DNA of 64,000 nt, taken from NCBI GenBank assembly GCA_963808625.1, contig CAWEHK010000008.1, positions 96,001 to 160,000 on the forward strand, given 5' to 3'. Below are positions 32,754 through 42,790 of this stretch, piece by piece (the stretch's first letter is position 1; each line of letters starts with the position of its first letter). Origin of the DNA: an uncultured delta proteobacterium. GTDB lineage: Bacteria > Desulfobacterota > Syntrophobacteria > Syntrophobacterales > Syntrophobacteraceae. Below the pieces are notes generated by a model that saw nothing but the letters and a program-made list of their open reading frames with translations, was not told the DNA's origin and searched no databases. Both the position numbers and the translations under genes were made by a program.

Positions 32754-33833
32754 ATGAATCAGCCGCACTGTAGCATACCCACTCCTGCCAACCACTCCCG
32801 AATCTTGGCGGGATCGGGCCCCTCCCGGTGTCTCGATGCGCTCCAGCTTCAGCGTCTCGAGGAATCGTTTCGGCGGTGGGCACAATCGTCACGGAACCCC
32901 AACCTGCGATGGTCCAGAAAACGAATTCTTCTGATCTTCCTCCTGATCCGGTACACGGGCGCCAGATTGAATGAAGTTCTGAATCTTGACCCCGTGCTCG
33001 AGATCGACTGCGATCATCACATCGTTCGGCTTCGCAAGACGGGCCCCGACGGCGACGCTTCGAGCCGCGAAATCCAGATCCCGGAGCTCTTGTCGGCAGA
33101 GATCCGGGAGACGCTCCGGGAGCTGCAGCTCAAAGACCCTCAGGGAAAGCTTTTCAAGGTGGACCCGGCACATGTTCGCCGCAAGTTCTACGCCATGGCG
33201 GAAGCGGCCGGTATGCCACGGGAGTCGGGAACCCCTGAAGTCATCAGAAGATCCAGGGCGGTGGAACTGATGCAGAGCAACGTGCCTCTCCCCGTGGTGC
33301 AAAAGATCCTCGGCCACTCCACACCGAGTCTCGCCGCTTCTTACGTGGAGTTTTCCGATGATGACATTCGCGACGTGGCAAGGCACTTTGCCGACAAGGA
33401 GGATCAGCGCAGGACCAGTGCGCGGAATACTTTTTTCGGCAAAATCGATACTGTCCGCGTAGGCGATGTACAGACCATCGTGGAAATGGTGTCGCTCGGC
33501 GGGGCCCGGGTTTGTGCGGTGATCACCAATTACAGTCACGCCCGCCTCGGCCTGAAACCCGGCACGCTCGCCACAGCGGAAGTGAAGGCACCATGGGTGA
33601 TGCTTTTCAAAGGCGAGCAGGAACCGCATAGTACTGCTGAAAACAGGTTTTGTGGAAAAGTCAGCCGCGTTCTCAGGGGAAAGGTGACGACGGAAATCGT
33701 CGTGCGCATCCCGGACGGCACCGAACTATGCTCCATCATTACCGAGAAGAGCAAACAAACGCTCGCTATCAAAGAGAACGATACCATGTGGGTGGCATTC
33801 AGCGCCTTTGCCGTGGTCATTCATACCGACTGA
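32754..33833 (+). CDS. tunR: TunR-like tungstate/molybdate-responsive regulator (tyrosine-recombinase fold plus two TOBE/Mop domains)
   Basis: YTGARLNE and VQKILGHS...SY integrase fold, followed by TSARNTFFGKI and STAENRFCGKV Mop repeats. Located in a Mo/W gene cluster. Confidence 0.75.
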   Translation: MNQPHCSIPTPANHSRILAGSGPSRCLDALQLQRLEESFRRWAQSSRNPNLRWSRKRILLIFLLIRYTGARLNEVLNLDPVLEIDCDHHIVRLRKTGPDGDASSREIQIPELLSAEIRETLRELQLKDPQGKLFKVDPAHVRRKFYAMAEAAGMPRESGTPEVIRRSRAVELMQSNVPLPVVQKILGHSTPSLAASYVEFSDDDIRDVARHFADKEDQRRTSARNTFFGKIDTVRVGDVQTIVEMVSLGGARVCAVITNYSHARLGLKPGTLATAEVKAPWVMLFKGEQEPHSTAENRFCGKVSRVLRGKVTTEIVVRIPDGTELCSIITEKSKQTLAIKENDTMWVAFSAFAVVIHTD

Positions 33834-34057
33834 AAGGGTCCGCTGTTTTTGACAGGTGCGCGTCATCCTTTAAACGCCCCATCCGTGCCCGCCTTTCCAA
33901 AGCAGATTTTTTCCTGTTGCCCGTTTCTCGCCAGGGTGATAAAAGCGTCTATGTCAAAATTGGCACAGAAGCGATATTCTCAAGCCGCTACGATACCCTT
34001 TGGGTGAGGCGGCTTTGTTGCTTCCGGTAATTCAGGTGATGGCGGGGAGACGGTGCG

Positions 34058-34787
34058 ATGCGGGTTTTCATTGGCTTTGATGATACGGACCATATTGATG
34101 CGGATCGGGGTACGGGAAAACTTGCCCGCTGGTTTGAACGGGAACTGCCCGAGGGTTGTCGTATTTGGGGTGTAGTGCGCCAGCAACTCCTGGTTCACGA
34201 GGACATTCCTTACACCTCCCACAATAGCAGCGCGTGTGCGGTGGTCGAGGTGGAGGATGATTCCCTGGTTGAGGACCTTATTTCGAGGGCCGCCAAACAT
34301 ATCGAACATTATTCTCTTGATGGCAGCGACCCGGGGCTTTGCGTGGCATCCGGTAACGGCCCCACAATGTCACGGTTGATTGCTTTCGGCCGTAAATGCA
34401 CGAGCCGGGTTGTCACGCAGAAAGAAGCCCTGGAAGCTTCCTCCGGGGTGCACCTTTCAGGTCATGGCGGAACCAATCAGGGGATCATCGGCGCCGCGGC
34501 GGCGGTGGGATTGACGGCTGACGGCTGGTGTGGGCGATTTATCGAGTTTCAAAAGCTGCGCAGTGTCCCGGACACGGGTGAGGGTATCAGAGCTTGAGAG
34601 TCGAAACATCTTCACGGTTTCTCTCGACCGGGACAGCAGGGTCCCAGCGCCCGAGGACGTTGTTGTCACCAAAGGTTGGCTGCGTCCGCGTCTTTGGGGC
34701 AGCAGAGCGGTTTTAGCGGTAATGCCGAGGGAAAATGGCGTGTGGGAGTCGCTCGGGGGGAAAAGGCAAAAAGCTGATACAGCCTAA
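34058..34787 (+). CDS. DUF1743/TiaS-N-terminal-like protein (frameshift near 34577)
   Basis: IGFDDTD...GTGKLAR, IPYTSHNSSAC, SDPGLCV and GGTNQGIIGA motifs. Removing one G at ACGGGTG joins the two ORFs. Confidence 0.7.
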
Positions 34788-34810
34788 GGCTTCTGCCGCA
34801 TCAGGGACCA

Positions 34811-35197
34811 TCACGGTCCCTGATGATCTTTTTCTTTGGCTTCGTAGTATTCTTTGATCAGATCGCTGAGGTTCTTGGCCTGTTTCTCCATGTATCCTAT
34901 CCAAATGGCGAGCATGTGCTTGCCCTCGTCCGTTAAGTGGTAAATTCGCTTTGCCGGACCAGCCCCCTCAGTCTCCCATTGCGAGATAACCAGCCCGTCT
35001 TCCTCCAATTGGCGGAGGTGACGATAGATCATTCCCGGCGGCGCCTGTCCCTCCACAAACCCAAACCGCTGGATCGTTTGAATCAACTCATAGCCGTATG
35101 ATGGCTTGGTATAAAGGCCCATCAAGATCGACGGCTGCATGTAGCGATCTTTCTTCCCCTGCTGCGGACGGCGTTGTGATTTTTTTTGCTCTGCCAT
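34811..35197 (-). CDS. PadR-family transcriptional regulator
   Basis: YGYELIQ...PGMIYRHLRQLEEDGLV..W....GPAKRIYHLTDEG. Confidence 0.9.
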   Translation of the reverse strand: MAEQKKSQRRPQQGKKDRYMQPSILMGLYTKPSYGYELIQTIQRFGFVEGQAPPGMIYRHLRQLEEDGLVISQWETEGAGPAKRIYHLTDEGKHMLAIWIGYMEKQAKNLSDLIKEYYEAKEKDHQGP

Positions 35198-35204
35198 ATT
35201 TTTA

Positions 35205-35233
35205 TTGACCTATATCTTTAAAGGATATATTCT
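35205..35233 (+). promoter_or_regulatory. Sigma70-like promoter TTGACC-N17-TATTCT with palindrome TATATCTTTAAAGGATATA in the spacer (probable PadR operator)
   Basis: Read directly, between divergent padR and the 67 aa gene. Confidence 0.55.
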
Positions 35234-35295
35234 CATATCGAAAGTTAACCCAGGAGTCCCGGTACGGAACCTTCAAACCATGAAAGGAGACACAC

Positions 35296-35499
35296 ATGGC
35301 AACAATCTTCGTCCGTGAGCGGCGTAAAATTGAAAAAGGCGAAAAGAAACCTCGCTTTCGGGTGGTTGGCGTCCACGGCAACGACCTGAAAATTTATGTC
35401 GAGCATATCCGCAAAAAGGAACTCGACCAGATTGTCGAAGCATCGGCAGCCAAGGTGGTCTATCTCAAGGCCGGGAAGGAAGAAGGGGGAGAAGAGTAG
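35296..35499 (+). CDS. Small hypothetical protein (67 aa)
   Basis: Strong AAGGAG RBS, protein-like composition, and an upstream promoter. Confidence 0.7.
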   Translation: MATIFVRERRKIEKGEKKPRFRVVGVHGNDLKIYVEHIRKKELDQIVEASAAKVVYLKAGKEEGGEE

Positions 35500-35569
35500 A
35501 AGCCGGACAGCCCCCTCGGCTTGGCTCGAGGAAGTGGTCAACCCTGGAGGTCGTCATCCTTCTCCGGGG

Positions 35570-36430
35570 CTACTCTTCTTTGTAGATGATAGTCCCCACG
35601 TGCTTCCCCTCGAGCGCTGCAAGAATATGTTCCGGATGATGCAGGGCATCCACGATCTGGAGCTCCTTGAGGCATTTGGCTCGCTGCAAAAGGGTGAGGA
35701 TAGGTCGCTCGATAATGAGATCGTCCAGGTCCAACTCAAGGAGCTCCTTCGCGGAAACCCTTCCGAAAAACTTTAGGCTGTCCCGTTTGGATGCTTCGAC
35801 CTTTTTCGGATCGCGATCGAACAGTCCCTTTTCGTCCTTCAAAAAAATCAGCGAGCGGGCGCCGATATTCTCCGCCAGCAGGAAGGCTCCGCAGTCGGTA
35901 CGATGGGGAGGGATGGAACCGATTTCCGCAGGATGTTCAAAAAAGCCGTAAGGTGGTATGCCATAAGTGATGGGCAGATACCCCAAGCGACAGAACATGG
36001 TGAGCTGCTCCAGGTTGTCTCCATGCCCGATCTTTACCCCTCCGTGCTTTGAGAGGAGCACGCTGAGCATCTCCGCATTCTGCCACGAAACCTTGTCTCC
36101 CAGTTTGGAAAGCACCCCGGTGGGCATCCCCAAATCAACCCCAATGTTGTAAACGTGCCTGGCCCGGGTGCCGCCTCCGGTCATCAGAAGGATTTTGTGC
36201 TTTTCTTTAGCCTCAATGAGCACGTCCAGGATTGGAAGGATCGCCTTGCGTCCGCGGTCGATGATACTCTGTCCCCCGATTTTGATGACGTTGATGTCCG
36301 GGTGCATGCGGAAGTAATCCACGGCCTCGGTCCGTTTGAGGAACTCTTTGCTCACCAGGGATTCACCCATCAGGGGGGACTCGATGTGGAGCCTCCCGGT
36401 ATCACTCTCTTCCTTGATCAATTTTGCCAT
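35570..36430 (-). CDS. Molybdenum storage protein-like (amino-acid kinase fold)
   Basis: IESPLMGESL, VIKIGGQSIIDRG, GGGTRARH, IPPHRTD.GAFLLAE and HVGTII motifs typical of MosA/MosB. Confidence 0.85.
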   Translation of the reverse strand: MAKLIKEESDTGRLHIESPLMGESLVSKEFLKRTEAVDYFRMHPDINVIKIGGQSIIDRGRKAILPILDVLIEAKEKHKILLMTGGGTRARHVYNIGVDLGMPTGVLSKLGDKVSWQNAEMLSVLLSKHGGVKIGHGDNLEQLTMFCRLGYLPITYGIPPYGFFEHPAEIGSIPPHRTDCGAFLLAENIGARSLIFLKDEKGLFDRDPKKVEASKRDSLKFFGRVSAKELLELDLDDLIIERPILTLLQRAKCLKELQIVDALHHPEHILAALEGKHVGTIIYKEE

Positions 36431-36580
36431 CTTGTTGCCGACCTCGCAGATATTTGTGCGTTAAAGCCCATCCCCATCGTTCCCTTCCACCCAAAACACG
36501 CATGATGAAATAGCACGCATTCGATGATATGGCGAGCATCAGACCAAGTCAAGCGCGCCTAAACACCACGACTGTGAAAA

Positions 36581-37441
36581 TCAGTCATCATACTGCTTTG
36601 CATAAACTGCATCATTATAGAGTCCCTCGCCGTAGCGATCCTTCCCGTAATCCCGGATGATTTGTTGACCCTCATCGGAGGCCACAAAATCGATGAACTT
36701 GATTGCCCATGCCGCTCCCGGGGTAGCGCCTTCAGGCTGGCTCAGCGTATGGTAGGTATTGATCAGGAATTTATCGCCTTTGAAGAGGATTTTCAGGTTC
36801 GGCATGTTCTTCTGTTCGGCTGCCCAGGTGCTGCTGTCGGTCATAAAGTAGCCTTTCTCGTCGTTTGCCCGTTTCAGAGTGGCAGTCATGAAATCCTTGG
36901 TGACGATGTACCAGTCACCGGAGGGAGTGATGTCGGCCTTCTGCCAAACATCGAGCTCCTTTTTGTGGGTCCCCGAATTATCACCTCTCGAGAAGAACTT
37001 TGCCTTGGCATTGGCGATGCGAATATAGGCGTCAGCAGCGCTCTTCGCCTCGGAAATCTTTGCTGGATCGTCAGGAGGCCCAACGATGAAGAATTCGTTT
37101 GAGCCGATGAGGACCCGCTTTACCGCCCAACCCTCCTCGACGGCCTTCTTTTCAGCCGCAGGAGCATGCACCATGATCATGTCCGCGGTTTTTTCTTTCA
37201 ACGCGGTGAGTGACTCTCCCGATCCCGCTTTCTTCCAGAGGAGGGTAGCATTCACCTTAGTATTGAAAGCCTTTGCCAACGCTTCAAGCAAGCCCAGCTC
37301 CCCCGGGCTTCCCGTGGCAACAGAGAATTTGTTGGAGCCGTCCCCATACACCCCGTCATACTTCTCTTCAGCCATTGACCGAGCCGCTGCCATTAACAGT
37401 ACAGCCAGGATTATTACGGCAAGAGTAACACGCATCTTCAT
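36581..37441 (-). CDS. tupA: Tungstate ABC transporter substrate-binding protein (TupA-like)
   Basis: Signal peptide, VHAPAAEKK, N.F.IVGP.DDPA, FFSRGDNSGTHKKE and LINTY motifs. ATG at 37441 with RBS. Confidence 0.75.
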   Translation of the reverse strand: MKMRVTLAVIILAVLLMAAARSMAEEKYDGVYGDGSNKFSVATGSPGELGLLEALAKAFNTKVNATLLWKKAGSGESLTALKEKTADMIMVHAPAAEKKAVEEGWAVKRVLIGSNEFFIVGPPDDPAKISEAKSAADAYIRIANAKAKFFSRGDNSGTHKKELDVWQKADITPSGDWYIVTKDFMTATLKRANDEKGYFMTDSSTWAAEQKNMPNLKILFKGDKFLINTYHTLSQPEGATPGAAWAIKFIDFVASDEGQQIIRDYGKDRYGEGLYNDAVYAKQYDD

Positions 37442-37642
37442 GATTTCCCTCCTTCCGTTGATGGAGCAGAACCGATCGGATCGCCATCTCCCAAACCGGC
37501 AATCCTCAGGAGGAGAACCCATACATCCTCCCTGAGACGATGAACAAGCAAAAAGATGGGGACGGTATAAGAGGCTCTCCCCGGACTCTCTATTTTGATC
37601 TGTTTCGGAACCGTCCGTTCTGGAAGAATAATCGCGCAGATG

Positions 37643-37671
37643 AGGGTATCAATGTCTTGATAGCATGTCAA
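37643..37671 (-). promoter_or_regulatory. Candidate sigma70 promoter for the tupA-like gene
   Basis: Minus strand TTGACA-N17-TACCCT with an extended -10 TG. Confidence 0.4.
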
Positions 37672-37757
37672 CATTGGCATAATTCCCTTCTCGTACCGTG
37701 ATCAAGAGTCACAGACAACCCTCCAGTACAACCCGGCAGAAGTCCTCACCTCGTTCT

Positions 37758-37843
37758 GGTGGGCACGGTAAAGCGCTGTGCCCACCCTACACCGTTGCTC
37801 GCAGAAATCCGAGGTAGGGTGGGCACGTCTTTTTGTGCCCACC
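37758..37843. repeat. GTAG-type REP doublet (REPIN), copy 1 of 2
   Basis: GGTGGGCAC..GTGCCCACCCTAC, spacer, then GTAGGGTGGGCAC..GTGCCCACC. Confidence 0.9.
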
Positions 37844-38113
37844 GGAACTGGTTACGGACCTTCGCCCAGCAGTACTGGAGCGAAGCCACGCATAGGGGGC
37901 GATGGGTGGTGAGGAAGGAAGGCCAAAAAGGCGGTGCGGTATGAAAGGAAATCACTGCTGGAGCTTTCCCGGCAGGAATCACCAGATCACTCTCACGCCG
38001 CCCAGGTCTTGCAGGGAAAAATCCAGGGTATGAGTCAGGGAACCCATAAACATCATGTTCTTGGGATGAGGAAATAGATCCGAAGAAGATTGTTCGCAAC
38101 CAGCAAGGTTCAT

Positions 38114-41100
38114 CTATTCTTGTGGTTCCGGCAACTCCGGGCAGGTCTTGCGGTACGGTTCATCACCCAGGAACTGCCGCCACTCGGAGCGGGTCAGGTT
38201 GCGATTTGCCATGCGGCAAGCTCTTGCTTTCCATGACTCAAGGTCAAGATCCCAGAGGATGACGGTAGCATCCTGACTTCCCGAGGCCAGGGTCTTGCCG
38301 TCGGGGCTGAAAGCGACGCTAAACACGCCATCCTTGTGGCCTCTTAGCGGGTCGCCCATGGGTTGGCGAGTGGTTACCTCCCAGAGGATGACGGTCTGAT
38401 CCCAACTCCCCGAGGCCAGGGTCTTGCCGTCGGGGCTGAAGGCGACGCTTGACACGCCATACTTGTGGCCTCTTAGCGGCTCGCCCATGGGTTGGCGGGT
38501 GGTCACATCCCAGAGGATGACGGTTTTATCCTCACTCCCCGAGGCCAGGGTCTTGCCGTCGGGGCTGAAGGCAACGCTGCGCACGGCTCTTCGTGGCCTC
38601 TTAGCGGCTCGCCCATGGGTTGGCGGGTGGCCACATCCCAGAGGATGACGGTTTTATCCCCACTCCCCGAGGCCAGGGTCTTGCCGTCGGGGCTGAAGGC
38701 GACGCTATCCACGTAATCCTTGTGGCCTGTTAGAGGTTCGCCCATGGGCTGGCGGGTGGTCACATCCCAGAGGATGACGGTTTTATCCCCACTCCCCGAG
38801 GCCAGGGTCTTGCCGTCGGGGCTGAAGGCGACGCTACGACACGCCATCCTTATGGCCTCTTAGCGGCTCGCCCATGGGCTGGCGGGTGGTCACATCCCAG
38901 AGGATGACGGTTTTGTCCTCACTCCCCGAGGCGAGGGTCTTGCCGTCGGGGCTGAAGGCGACGCTGTCACCGCGGTCTTTGTGGCCTCTCAGCGGCTCGC
39001 CTATGGGTTGGCGGGTGGCCACATCCCAGAGGATGACGGTTTTATCCCCACTCCCCGAGGCGAGGGTCTTGCCGTCGGGGCTGAAGGCGACGCTATACAC
39101 AGAATCCTTGTGGCCTGTTAGCGGTTCGCCTATGGGTTGGCGGGTGGTCACATCCCAGAGGATGACGGTTTTATCCCTACTCCCCGAGGCCAGGGTCTTG
39201 CCGTCGGGGCTGAAGGCGACGCTATCACAGGTAACCTTGTGGCCTGTCAGCGGCTCGCCCATGGGTTGGCGGGTGGCCACATCCCAGAGGATGACGGTTT
39301 CATCCCAACTCCCCGAGGCCAGGGTCTTGCCGTCGGGGCTGAAGGCGACGCTTATCACGTAACTCCTTGTGGCCTGTTAGCGGCTCGCCCATGGGTTGGC
39401 GGGTGGTCACATCCCAGAGGATGACGGTTTTATCCCAACTCCCCGAGGCCAGGGTCTTGCCGTCGGGGCTGAAGGCGACGCTCGACACGCCATCCTTGTG
39501 GCCTCTTAGCGGCTCGCCCATGGGCTGGCGGGTGGTCACATCCCAGAGGATGACGGTTTTATCCTCACTCCCCGAGGCGAGGGTCTTGCCGTCGGGGCTG
39601 AAGGCGACGCTCGTCACCGGATCCTTGTGGCCTCTTAGCGGCTCGCCCATGGGTTGGCGGGTGGTCACATCCCAGAGGATGACGGTTTTGTCCCCACTCC
39701 CCGAGGCGAGGGTCTTGCCGTCGGGGCTGAAGGCGACGCTATCCACACGGTCTTCGTGGCCTCTTAGCGGCTCGCCCATGGGTTGGCGGGTGGTCACATC
39801 CCAGAGGATGACGGTATTATCCCCACTTCCCGAGGCGAGGGTCTTGCCGTCGGGGCTGAAGGCGACGCTCAACACGAAATTCTTATGGCCTCTTAGCGGC
39901 TCGCCTATGGGTTGGCGGGTGGTCACATCCCAGAGGATGACGGTTTTATCCCCACTCCCCGAGGCCAGGGTCTTGCCGTCGGGGCTGAAGGCGACGCTCG
40001 TCACGGATTTCCTTGTGGCCAGAGAAAAAGGTGCCAAGGTAAGGGTTATGGAGAAGGGCATTCATAAGACTGCTTTTCGCTTCAAAGGTGTCATGGGCAC
40101 GCCATGATTCCACCCCCAACAACAGGGCCTGGTCCAGCTGAGTGTCCAACCGGTTTAGCGCTTGGGCAGCCAATTGGCGGGACAAGGCTATCCTGCGTTG
40201 CTCATCCGCCTTCTTCTCATTAGAAATTGCGATCTGAGTCTGAGAACGTGCGAACTCAGCCTGTTCTTCGGCTCGCCGGGCTTCGTTCCCCGCTCGCCGC
40301 CACTGCATCCCGGCAAGTCCTGCCAGAACCAGGAAGACGAGGGCTGCCGCAAGCGCACCGATGGTTATCCGCCGCCTCGAGCGCTCCCTGGCTGCCCGCT
40401 CACGTTCCCTCGCAGCCATGCTCTCCCTGATGAAGTCCTGTTCACCGGGTGGCAGGTCTTGAGGCCTTTCCGCAAGCCAACGCTCCGCCTCCGTGAGCGG
40501 CGCCCCGCGCAGGAGGGTCTCCGCATCATGATCGGTGCGCTCCCACTCTTCCAGAGCGACTTTCAACCGCTGGGACCACAGCAGGAACTCCCGGTCTTCG
40601 TCCACCCAGCCCCGCAGCCGCCCCCAGTTCCGGATGAGGGCCTCATGGGCCACTTCAACGCTTTGCACCCCGGTGGCCCGGTCCTGCCCCGTCACCAGGA
40701 GTCGTGCGTCTGCCAGGTTCTTCACCAGCGGTTGGGCTGATTCGGGCACTTCGGTTATGGCGGCGCGCCGCCGGGTATCTTCCACCCCCTCTCCGGGTTT
40801 TACCAACTGCATGAACACGCTTCGCACCATCTTCTGCTCGCGGGTCCGTCAGCCGTGCGAACAGTTCCTCCGCGCGGCAGGCGATGGCGCCCTGGACTCC
40901 TCCCATGGCCTCGTAGGCTTCGTGGAGCAGTTGGCCTCCATGGCGCTTTTCCCAGAGCTCCGTCAGGACGAACTCGAGCAGAGGAAGGTTTCCGGGCTCT
41001 TCCCTCACATCGTTCAAGATCCGCTTGACCAGGCCCGGTTCGAAGTTCAAACAGACCTTCTCCGCAGGACCCACAACCGCCCGCTCCAGTTCCTCCCCGG

Positions 41101-42182
41101 TCATGGGACCGAGATTGACCACGGCGTCCTGCAGGCGATCGGCCAGGGGGCGGTAGCTCAAAGCATGGCCGAAGAAATCCCCCCGAAGGGTGAGCACAAC
41201 GGTGAGGGAACCCGCCGCCGCGGCCTCGAGCAGTTGGTCGATGAACCGGGCGCGGATGGGTTCATCCTGGCAGAGGGTGTAAAGCTCCTCCCACTGGTCG
41301 GCCAAAAGGAGGAGGCGGTCCGTTCCGGGTTGTTTCTCGAGAGCTCGGGTCACCACGTCCCGCAGAGCCACCTCCCCTTCGGCAAAAGCCCTCCCCAGTT
41401 TCCCTATCTCGCGCAGACGCTCCGTTTCCGTCATCGCCGGCTCGAGGAGCGGGATCAGGGCAGCAGCCAGAGCATGCAGAGGGCGGTCACCGGGAACGAG
41501 GGTGGCCACGTCCCAAACCTTTCCCCCGCCTTCCCGCCTGAGGCGTGGCACCAGCCCTGCCCGAGCCACGGAGGACTTGCCGCAGCCCGAAGCCCCGACG
41601 AGTGCCACCAGGCTCTGCCGCCTGGCAGCTTGCAGCAGCTTGTCGGTGAAGGTTTCCCGTGCCGAAAAAGAAGGAAGCGTCTTCCTCCCGGAAAGGGCGC
41701 AGTCCACGGTAGGGGCAGACGGCGGCGAGGGTCGCCTGAATTCTTTCCTGGAAGGCGGGGCCCGGAGCTTCTCCGCGTATCGCTGCCGCGAGGATCTCCA
41801 GGGCCAGGGGGCTTTCCTGCCGGCTGCTCAAGTCCACCCAGGTGTTCAGGGAAAGAAATCCCAGGGCCGGTTCCGCCGCGGCAAGCAGCACGGGAATGAC
41901 CGGGAAGCGGGGATCACGAGCCTGGCGGTCCAATGCCAGATCTTTCTCCCGCTGCTGCCAGCGGCCCATTCCCTGGGGTCCGAGGAAGACCGCCACGGCG
42001 CGGCAGGAGTTCAGAGCCTCTTCCAGCGCCTGGGGCCACGGACGCCCGGCAACCAGATACCATCGGTCCAGAAAGACCTTCAGATCTCGTTCGCGCAAGG
42101 CCCAGGCAACATTTTCCACCGCCTCGCGATCCCGCCAGTTGTAGCTGAAAAAAACGTCGTATTTTTCGGGAGCAGGATTCAT
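38114..42182 (-). CDS. NLR-like protein: TIR - nSTAND1-type NTPase - TM helix - 14 WD40 repeats (about six frameshifts)
   Basis: TIR YDVFFSYNWRD...VFLDRW...WQQRE, then CPYRGLRPFREED..FFG, Walker A GASGCGKSS, LADQWEELYT, PGNLPLLE, VAHEALIRNW and LLRGAPL. A hydrophobic helix precedes SVAFSPDGKTLASGS.D.TVILWD repeats. Stitched from seven ORFs. Confidence 0.9.
38245..40020 (-). repeat. 14 near-identical 129 bp coding tandem repeats (WD40)
   Basis: GTCTTGCCGTCGGGGCTGAA recurs 14 times from ~38292 to ~39970 at 128-130 bp spacing. Confidence 0.95.
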
Positions 42183-42203
42183 CGGATCACCCCTGTATCG
42201 AGG

Positions 42204-42422
42204 TTATCGTTGAATAATTTCCAGTGTGTTGAAATAAGAAACTGTCCAAGAATAACTTGCGCCCATTTCATCTTGAACAATGAGTTTGATAAACGCATCG
42301 CCCAGAGGCTTCAGCGCCTGCGCCGTCGCGGGAAACAGGGACCCGACCGCCACGCCAATGACGATGCCGCAGATGACGCGGAAATAGAGCGTCCGATGGA
42401 ACGTATGTTTTTGCCCGGACAT
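42204..42422 (-). pseudogene. dctA: Truncated C4-dicarboxylate transporter (first ~50 aa only)
   Basis: TLYFRVICGIVIGVAVGSLFPATAQALKPLGDAFIKLI matches the DctA N-terminus. Similarity stops at ~42275. The AGGAGG RBS is retained. Confidence 0.8.
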
Positions 42423-42573
42423 CTATTCCTCCTATAGCAATCGACGGCATACGGGTGGCCAAGGTGAGATGATAAGAAATGGCTCTTTGAAAGTCTTTGG
42501 ATAGCACCTGTCGTGGATACTGTCAAAGACATTCAGGTGCCGATTTCTTGGTAGGCGATAAGGAAAACCATCT

Positions 42574-42790
42574 TTAGGAAAAACGGGTGCGGGCTCGGAA
42601 AACCGCATGGGGTTTCCGCGATTGGTCTCTGAAGTGGCCCTCGGCAAGGGAGGGGCCATTCTGGGCTTGGAGGTCAGCCGGTTGGCAAGATCGTGCTCGG
42701 ACTGGTACCGCCTCCTGGAGGCAGCCGCCCTGGCCGGGGCGCTGATCGTCGATGAGGAAGGGATCTACGATCCGAACGAGCACAATGCTC
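42574..42790 (+). pseudogene. Internal fragment of a large serine recombinase
   Basis: LGKTGAGSENRMGFPRLVSEVALG...LEVSRLARSCSDWYRLLE...LIVDEEGIYDP is a resolvase catalytic-domain segment. It is cut where the CHAT gene ends. Confidence 0.8.

Noticed and set aside
32754..33833. Integrase marking a prophage or integrative element
   Set aside because: It is fused to TOBE domains, has an altered HxxR motif and sits among Mo/W genes, so a regulator fits better. No phage genes are nearby.
38245..40020. Regular repeats as a CRISPR array
   Set aside because: The period is 129 bp (43 codons), the whole unit is conserved and encodes WD40 repeats. There are no unique spacers and no cas genes.
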